Shown: positions 57,612-64,000 of the stretch, piece by piece | Layout of the letters: every line of letters begins with the position of its first letter | How positions within the stretch are numbered: the first letter of the stretch is position 1 | Source of the DNA: an uncultured Acidobacterium sp. | Lineage (GTDB): Bacteria > Acidobacteriota > Vicinamibacteria > Vicinamibacterales > UBA2999 | NCBI GenBank assembly: GCA_964513235.1 | Contig: CAZEMI010000239.1 | Location: 3,991-67,990 of the forward strand | Direction: 5' to 3' | Length of the DNA stretch: 64,000 nucleotides | Made by a program: the position numbers and the translations under genes | The notes under the pieces: model-generated | The model's database searches: none | What the model was told of the DNA's origin: nothing | What the model saw: only the letters and a program-made list of their open reading frames with translations

Positions 57612-59248
57612 TGACACGACCTCACTCCCTCATCGCGCTGCTGCTGGTCGCCGCGTCGGCGCTCTCGCTCGGCGCCCAGACGCGGCGCTTTTATCCCGAC
57701 GATCCGATCTGGCGCGAGCCGATGACGCAGGATGTCACGTCCGCGGCGCGCTATGAGCCGGACCTCGCCTATCAAACGATCGAGAACCTGTTCCTGAAGC
57801 CCGGCGATCCGGTGCTCGGCCAGCGAGCGAAAAACATCAATACGGTCGATGAAGTTCCCGACGGTCCGTACTTCGTCAATCGCGCCGGGCGCATGCCGCT
57901 GACGCCGGCGCTGGTGGCGCGGGCCGCCAACACCAGCAACGGACCCGCGCCCGGCAAGTGGACCGTGGTGTCGGCGAAAAGCGACGGCGTCACGCCTGGC
58001 TTCACCATCCGCGACGCCGCGAACCAGCTGTGGTTCGTCAAGTTCGATCCGCCCGGCTGGCGCGGCATGGCCACCGGCAGCGAGATCGTCGCGGCGAAGC
58101 TGTTCTGGTCGGCCGGCTACCACACCGCCGAGTACCACATCGGCCAACTGGTGCCGGTCAACCTCGTGATCGGCAAGGACACGCGCATCACGCCGCCGGG
58201 CGAAATGGCGCGGGCCATGAACCAGGGCGACATCGCGTGGCTGCTGTCGCGCGCCGATCGGGATCCCGACGGCTCGTATCGCGTCATTCTCAGCAAGGCC
58301 ACGCCCGGCCGCCCGGTGGGCCGCATTCGCTTCCACGGCACGCGCGCCGACGACCCCAACGACGTCGTCCCGCACGAACATCGCCGCGAACTTCGGGGCT
58401 ACTTTGTGTTTGCCGCGTGGCTCAATCACGTCGACGCCAAGGGCATCAACTCGCTGTCGTCGCTGGTCACCGAGAACGGCCGCAGCTTCATCCGCCACTA
58501 CCTGCTCGATTTCGGATCCGCGCTCGGCAGCGCCGCCGTCGGCCCACGCGAAGGCTGGGAAGGCTATGAAGCACTGGTCGAACAACCGGGCGAGATTGGC
58601 AGACGCGCACTCTCCTTCGGGTTCAAGGTGCCGGTGTGGCGCACGCAGGATTATTTCGAATCGCCGGCGATCGGCCGCCTGCCGCGTGATCACGCCAAGT
58701 GGGACCCCGAAACATGGTGGCCGCACATCACCAACGCCGCGTTCCGCCACATGCGGCCCGACGATCAATTCTGGGCGGCGGCGAAGCTGGCCGCGATCAC
58801 CGAGGACATGATCCGTGCCGCGGTCGCGGAAGGAAAGTTCGGCGATGCGAAGTCTGAAGAATTTCTCGCCAAGGCGATCATCGATCGCCGGCTGCGCATC
58901 CTGCAGACCTTCCTGCCCAAGGTGAACCCGATTGTCGATCCGGCCCTCGATGCGAAGGGCCGCCTGACGTTCCGCAATGCGGCGTCGGATGCCGCGGTGG
59001 TGGACCGGGCTCCGGGCTATCGGGCCCTTTGGTACACCTTCGATAACGCCTCCGACCGGGCCACCCTGGTGGCGACCACCGAGGAAACCCAGAGCCCGAT
59101 GCTGATGCCGGCGATGCCAGCGTCCGATTACATAAAGGTGGACCTCGTGGCGGTTGGCGGGCCGGAAGCCTGGGCCAAGCCGGTTTCCGCGTATTTCCGC
59201 AGAAATTCGGGAAATTGGATACTGGTTGGGTTCGAACGCCAACCGTGA
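57611..59248 (+). CDS. Exported atypical kinase-like protein (HipA/PI3-4K/CotH-like motifs)
   Basis: Signal peptide; DGVTPG loop, FVKFD, EIVAAKLFWSAGY, NHVDAKGIN, LLDFGS; ATG overlaps the Omp85 stop. Confidence 0.65.
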   Translation: MTRPHSLIALLLVAASALSLGAQTRRFYPDDPIWREPMTQDVTSAARYEPDLAYQTIENLFLKPGDPVLGQRAKNINTVDEVPDGPYFVNRAGRMPLTPALVARAANTSNGPAPGKWTVVSAKSDGVTPGFTIRDAANQLWFVKFDPPGWRGMATGSEIVAAKLFWSAGYHTAEYHIGQLVPVNLVIGKDTRITPPGEMARAMNQGDIAWLLSRADRDPDGSYRVILSKATPGRPVGRIRFHGTRADDPNDVVPHEHRRELRGYFVFAAWLNHVDAKGINSLSSLVTENGRSFIRHYLLDFGSALGSAAVGPREGWEGYEALVEQPGEIGRRALSFGFKVPVWRTQDYFESPAIGRLPRDHAKWDPETWWPHITNAAFRHMRPDDQFWAAAKLAAITEDMIRAAVAEGKFGDAKSEEFLAKAIIDRRLRILQTFLPKVNPIVDPALDAKGRLTFRNAASDAAVVDRAPGYRALWYTFDNASDRATLVATTEETQSPMLMPAMPASDYIKVDLVAVGGPEAWAKPVSAYFRRNSGNWILVGFERQP

Positions 59249-59294
59249 GATACTGTGAGCCGTTTTTCTCGTATTTCAACCTAAGAGAGTTTTA

Positions 59295-60131
59295 ATGCAC
59301 GTTTTGCGTTTGACCGTGTGTTCCCTGGTGTTTTGCGCCCTGACGGTTCCGGCGTGGGCGCAGGAACCATTGCCAACCGAGAATCCAGGGGATACCACCG
59401 GGGCCGCAACCGCGCCGGACGCTGGACAGATCGTGTTGCCCCCGACGGCCAGGCCCGTCGAGCTGCCGATGGCGACGGCCATCGAAACCACCAACGTCTT
59501 CAAGCTTTCGGCCGGTGACTTCAAGAATTTCTTCAGCTTCGACACTGCGAAGGTGATGAGCTACGTCTCGCTGGTCGCGATTGCCACCGCACCGTGGGAT
59601 CGCGAGGGCGTCAACAACGGGTTCAACATCCCGACGTCGCTGTTCGAATCGGGCAACCTGCTGGGTCAATTCGCATTTCAGGCCACCGCGGGGTTTGCCA
59701 CCTACGGCATCAGCAAGACCATCGGCAACAAGAAATCGGCGACGGTCGGCCGCGATATCGTGCGCGCGCAGGTGCTGTCGCAAGCGCTCGTGCAGACGGT
59801 GAAGCACACGGTGCGCCGCCAGCGTCCCGACGGCAGTAACAGAGCCTCTTTCCCTTCAGGCCACTCAGCCAGCGCCTTCGCCACGGCCACCGTGCTGCAG
59901 CGTCACTACGGCTGGAAGATCGGCGTGCCGGCGTATGCGCTCGGCGGTTATATCTCCCTCGCGCGCATGGCATGGAACCGCCATCACGCCACTGACGTCG
60001 TTATGGGTGCAGGCTTCGGCATCGCGTCGGCACGCACCGTGACAATGTCGATGGCGAAGAGCAAGTTCAGTGTCGGGGTGCGGCCGGAAGTGGGCGGCGC
60101 CTCGGTAAACTTCACGAAGATCGTCAAGTAA
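59295..60131 (+). CDS. PAP2-family phosphatase
   Basis: K-x6-RP (KHTVRRQRP), FPSGH, R-x5-H-x3-D (RMAWNRHHATD); signal peptide-like N-terminus. Confidence 0.88.
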   Translation: MHVLRLTVCSLVFCALTVPAWAQEPLPTENPGDTTGAATAPDAGQIVLPPTARPVELPMATAIETTNVFKLSAGDFKNFFSFDTAKVMSYVSLVAIATAPWDREGVNNGFNIPTSLFESGNLLGQFAFQATAGFATYGISKTIGNKKSATVGRDIVRAQVLSQALVQTVKHTVRRQRPDGSNRASFPSGHSASAFATATVLQRHYGWKIGVPAYALGGYISLARMAWNRHHATDVVMGAGFGIASARTVTMSMAKSKFSVGVRPEVGGASVNFTKIVK

Positions 60132-60153
60132 ACAGCCCGTCTTTGGCGGGTGA

Positions 60154-60182
60154 TCCACCTTCGCGCTTCGCGCTTCGGTGGA
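60154..60182. repeat. Small REP-like hairpin tccacc-ttcgcgcttcgcgcttc-ggtgga
   Basis: 6-bp arms around a gcttcgc repeat; resembles the gccttcgc arm at 39984. Confidence 0.5.
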
Positions 60183-60201
60183 CAAGATGCGGAGGTCCCC
60201 C

Positions 60202-61047
60202 ATGACCAGGATAGGCGGCGCCCTCGTCGTCCTGTTACTGACCTCGTTCGTACCCGTTCCCACCTACGCGCAGGCCGTTGCGGCTGCGCCCGCTCCCGCT
60301 CCACACCTCACCGTGGAGCAGACGAAACACTTCCTCAAGAACGCCAGAATCACCCGCACGCGCAGCACCAGCAAGGGCGTCACCGCGCCCAAGCGCCTCA
60401 CGCTGAGCGACGGCGTGATTACGCACGACGCGGTGTTCCAGTCCGTCGACGAGCGACAGACGGTGGCCAGCCTGGGCGGCGGCGGCCGCCAGGCGACGAC
60501 CGAGTTCAACTTCGTCGACTCGTATCGATACAACCTCGGCGCCTACGCGCTGGCCGAGCTGCTCGGCCTCGACCACATGATGCCCGTGCACGTCGAGCGG
60601 CGCTGGTCGGGCGCGAGCGGATCGATGAGCTGGTTCGTGGACACGTTGATGGACGAAAGCGATCGGCTCAAGAAAAAGATTCAGCCCCCGAACGCGGCCG
60701 ACTGGAACAACCAGATGTACCGCATGCGCATCTTTTCGGCGCTGGTGCGGGACACCGATCGCAACCTGACCAACGTGCTGATCACACCGGAATGGAAAGT
60801 GATCATGATCGACTTCAGCCGTGGCTTTCGATTGCAGGCGCAGCTGATGCACGAGAAAGATCTTGCGAAGATGGATCGCGCGCTGCTGCCTCGCCTCGAG
60901 GCGCTGACGAAAGAGGGCGTGAAGAAGGCCGTCGGCGACTGGCTCACCAGCGGGGAGATCGACGCCATGATGAAGCGGCGCGATCTGCTGGTCGGGCACT
61001 TCAAGAAGCTGATCGCCGAATTGGGCGAGGAAAAAGTTCTCTATTGA
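60202..61047 (+). CDS. Exported PI3/4-kinase-like protein
   Basis: GGAGG RBS 6 nt before ATG 60202; signal peptide; KGVTAP loop, AYALAELLGL, DTDRNLTNVLI, IDFSRGF. Confidence 0.68.
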   Translation: MTRIGGALVVLLLTSFVPVPTYAQAVAAAPAPAPHLTVEQTKHFLKNARITRTRSTSKGVTAPKRLTLSDGVITHDAVFQSVDERQTVASLGGGGRQATTEFNFVDSYRYNLGAYALAELLGLDHMMPVHVERRWSGASGSMSWFVDTLMDESDRLKKKIQPPNAADWNNQMYRMRIFSALVRDTDRNLTNVLITPEWKVIMIDFSRGFRLQAQLMHEKDLAKMDRALLPRLEALTKEGVKKAVGDWLTSGEIDAMMKRRDLLVGHFKKLIAELGEEKVLY

Positions 61048-61127
61048 TCGTCCAATCACCAGCGCGGCCGTAATCGTCGCTCCCACCACCTCTCTACAAA
61101 TCTGCAGGCCCGAAATATACTCCGCCC

Positions 61128-64000
61128 ATGAAGAGATCTCTGTACCTACTCACGCTGTGCGTGTTGTGCCTGCCGTCGTTGCACGGGCAGGAACGGCAGG
61201 CCCAGGACGACACGGCCAAACCCGCCGAAGGCTTCACGCTCAAGACGGCGGAGACTATCGAATTCACCACCGACGAAGTGACGTGGATGCAGGTGGACGT
61301 GTCACCCGATGGCCGGACCATCCTGTTCGACCTGCTCGGCGATCTCTACACGATGCCGATCACGGGCGGCGAGGCGACGCGGATCATGGGCGGGCTGTCG
61401 TTCGAGAGCCAGCCGGCGTGGTCGCCGGACGGCAAGACCATCGCCTTCCTGACCGATCGCACCGGCGTCGAGAACCTGTGGATCGCCGACGCCGACGGCA
61501 CCAACCCGCGCGCGGTGAGCAAGGACGGCCGCACCAACGATCGGCCGCAGATCATGGTGTCGCCGGCGTGGACGCCGGACGGCAACTTCATCGTGGTCTC
61601 GAAGTCGCGGCCGCCGGACCCCGGCACGTTCTGGCTGTTCATGTATCACCGCGACGGTGGCACGGGCGTCCGCGTGGGCGCGCCGCCGCCGCCGCCGCCC
61701 AGCCCGGATGCGCAGGGGCCGCCGCCGGCGCCGCCGATCAACCGAATGGGCGCGGTGGTGTCGCCCGATGGCCGATTCATCTACTACACGCAGCGCACCG
61801 GCACGTTCACCTACAACGCGCGCTTCCCGCTATGGCAGATCTACCGTCACGATACCGAGACCGGCGACGTGACGCAGATCACCAACGCGCAAGGCAGCGC
61901 CATCCGCCCGGCGCTTTCTCCCGATGGCAAATGGATGGTCTTCGGCACGCGGCACAAATCGCAGACCGGCCTCCGCGTCCGCAATCTCGAGACCGGCGCG
62001 GAACGGTGGCTTGCCTACCCGGTGACGCGCGACGACCAGGAGTCGCGCGCCAGCCGCGACACGCTGCCGCGCTACGACTTCATGCCCGACGGCACATCGC
62101 TGATCGTGCCGGTGAACGGCAAGCTGCAGCGCATCGACTTTGCCACCGGCCAGGCCACGCCGATTCCCTTCACCGCGAAGGTGGCAGCCGAGATTGCGCC
62201 GCGCGTCTACACGCCGGTGCGCGTGGAAGACGGCGCCACCATGCGAGCGCGGTTGATCCGCTGGCCGTCGCTGTCGCCGGATGGGCGCACGCTCGTGTTC
62301 TCGGCCATGAATCGTCTGTACATTCAAGACTACCCGAACGGGAGTCCTCGTCTTCTGACGGGTGCGCAGGGTGCCGCTGAAGGGGAGTTCATGCCGGCGT
62401 GGTCGTCGGATGGTCAGTCCATTGTGTATGCGACCTGGACGACAACGGGAGGCCACATCAAGCGGATCAGCGTGAATGGCGGTCAGCCGCAAACGTTGAC
62501 GCGGAACGAAGGCTACTATCTCGACCCCGCGTATTCGCCCGATGGATCGCGCATCGTGTTCATGGCGGGCGCGGCGTCGGACCAGCTGTATTCGATCCTG
62601 ATGGACACACCGCCCGAGGACGAGATCGATCGCGATGAGCATGCGCCGCGCGAGATCACCGGCGTGAACCCGCCGAACACGCTCGAGATCCGGTGGATGC
62701 CGGCCGCCGGCGGCGCCGGCACGCTGGTGGCATCGGCACAGGGCGGGCGCGGGCCGCACTTCGCGCGCAACGATGCGGGCCGCATCTACTTCACGACCAA
62801 CCGCGGCCTGCAGTCGATCACCATCGACGGCCACGATCGCCGCACCCTGGTGCGCATCACCGGGATCGCGCCGGGCGGCGCGCCGAATCCACCCGCCGCC
62901 GGCACCATCCGCCTCTCACCGGACGGCACGCGGGCATTTGTCAACCTCCAGGAGCGGCACTACCTGGTCACGATGCCGCGCGCCGGCCGCGAGACGGTGA
63001 ATATCCGCATCGAACGACGCGGCGACAGTGCGGTCCCGGTGAAGAACATGTCGCTCGAGGGCGGCGATTACCTGGATTGGAGTGCGGACGGCAAGGCCGT
63101 TACCTGGGCGTGGGGCTCGCAGTTCTTCCGCCAGGACATCACGGCCACCGATCCCCGGAAGACCGACGTGGTGGTCGAGATGCCGCGCACCAAGCCGAAG
63201 GGCTCGCTGTTGCTGACCGGTGCGCGCATCATCACGATGAAGGGCAACGAGGTCATTCCGCAGGGCGATGTGCTCGTCACCGACAATCGCATTGCGGCTA
63301 TCGGCAGGCGCGGATCGCTCGCGGTGCCCGCGGGCACGCGCACCATCAGCGTCGCCGGCAAGACCATCATGCCGGGCCTGGTGGACGCGCACTCGCACAT
63401 GTGGGCGCCGCGCGGCCTGCATCAAACCGAGGTGTGGCAGTACCTCGCCAACCTCGCGTATGGCGTGACCACGACGCGCGATCCGCAAACCTCAACGCCC
63501 GACGTGTTCGCGTATGCCGACATGGTGGACAGCGGCATGATGCCAGGCCCGCGCATCTACGCCACCGGCCCGGGCGTCTTTTCCGGATCGGGCATCGACA
63601 GCCGCGAGGCCGCCTTCCGATTCGTCAAGCGCTACAAAGAGGCCTATCGCACCAACACCCTCAAGCAATACGTTGCCGGCGATCGCATCGTCCGGCAATG
63701 GATCATCGAGGCGTGCCAGGAGTACGGCATCACCCCGACCATCGAAGGCTCGCTCGACTTGAAGTTGAACCTGACGCAGATGGCCGACGGCTATTCCGGC
63801 CAGGAGCACAGCTTCCCGATTGCGCCGCTCTACAAGGACGTGACGATGTTCGTGGCGAAGACGAAGACCTTCTATACGCCGACGATTCTCGTGGCCTATG
63901 GCGCACCGTGGAGCGAGAACTACTGGTTCGAGACGGAGACACCGGCGAACGACCCCAAGCTGCGCAAGTGGGTGCCGTGGGAGCTGCTCGACGGCATGGT
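61128..64000 (+). CDS. Exported amidohydrolase with N-terminal TolB/PD40 beta-propeller repeats, 3'-partial
   Basis: Not in the ORF track because it has no stop in the window; translated by hand. MKRSLYLL..., VDVSPDGRTILFDLLGDLY, PAWSPDGK repeats, GKTIMPGLVDAHSH, YGVTTTRDP; frame stays open to 64000. Confidence 0.88.
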   Translation, partial: MKRSLYLLTLCVLCLPSLHGQERQAQDDTAKPAEGFTLKTAETIEFTTDEVTWMQVDVSPDGRTILFDLLGDLYTMPITGGEATRIMGGLSFESQPAWSPDGKTIAFLTDRTGVENLWIADADGTNPRAVSKDGRTNDRPQIMVSPAWTPDGNFIVVSKSRPPDPGTFWLFMYHRDGGTGVRVGAPPPPPPSPDAQGPPPAPPINRMGAVVSPDGRFIYYTQRTGTFTYNARFPLWQIYRHDTETGDVTQITNAQGSAIRPALSPDGKWMVFGTRHKSQTGLRVRNLETGAERWLAYPVTRDDQESRASRDTLPRYDFMPDGTSLIVPVNGKLQRIDFATGQATPIPFTAKVAAEIAPRVYTPVRVEDGATMRARLIRWPSLSPDGRTLVFSAMNRLYIQDYPNGSPRLLTGAQGAAEGEFMPAWSSDGQSIVYATWTTTGGHIKRISVNGGQPQTLTRNEGYYLDPAYSPDGSRIVFMAGAASDQLYSILMDTPPEDEIDRDEHAPREITGVNPPNTLEIRWMPAAGGAGTLVASAQGGRGPHFARNDAGRIYFTTNRGLQSITIDGHDRRTLVRITGIAPGGAPNPPAAGTIRLSPDGTRAFVNLQERHYLVTMPRAGRETVNIRIERRGDSAVPVKNMSLEGGDYLDWSADGKAVTWAWGSQFFRQDITATDPRKTDVVVEMPRTKPKGSLLLTGARIITMKGNEVIPQGDVLVTDNRIAAIGRRGSLAVPAGTRTISVAGKTIMPGLVDAHSHMWAPRGLHQTEVWQYLANLAYGVTTTRDPQTSTPDVFAYADMVDSGMMPGPRIYATGPGVFSGSGIDSREAAFRFVKRYKEAYRTNTLKQYVAGDRIVRQWIIEACQEYGITPTIEGSLDLKLNLTQMADGYSGQEHSFPIAPLYKDVTMFVAKTKTFYTPTILVAYGAPWSENYWFETETPANDPKLRKWVPWELLDGM

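Overview
High-GC bacterial chromosomal segment. Two ADOP-type duplicated permeases (one with a PadR partner), many signal-peptide-bearing hydrolases and wHTH/TolB-like regulators suggest Acidobacteriota, probably Vicinamibacteria (inference). No rRNA, tRNA, CRISPR array, transposase or integrase was recognised. Left to right: (1) an iron/heme operon (PepSY-TM, FecA-like TonB receptor, hemH, short hemA, hemC running off the edge) behind a palindromic Fur-like box; (2) pxpA; (3) a minus-strand cluster of Ser/Thr kinase-DUF4384, secreted caspase-PEGA-TPR protein, Ig-like Gly-rich protein, TolC, MFP and a MacB-type permease without ATPase; (4) a stand-alone DGQHR protein; (5) peptidases, DUF4112, DUF5916, DUF1624, OsmC and FTR1; (6) a BlaI/M56 operon; (7) an ECF42-type sigma with YciI, then PadR-ADOP; (8) a glycosylation locus whose best-matching families are eukaryotic ALG1 and ALG11, with a WecA/ALG7-family initiating transferase and a PglK-like ABC flippase. 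This is the strongest candidate for an undescribed system. (9) MATE, pntAB and a B12 radical SAM gene; (10) a POTRA-less Omp85 barrel coupled to two exported atypical kinase-like proteins and a PAP2 phosphatase; (11) a TolB-propeller amidohydrolase running off the right edge. Several families of short palindromic (REP-like) elements occur throughout, some translated in frame inside or at the ends of genes. Family assignments come from motif recognition by eye, not from database searches.
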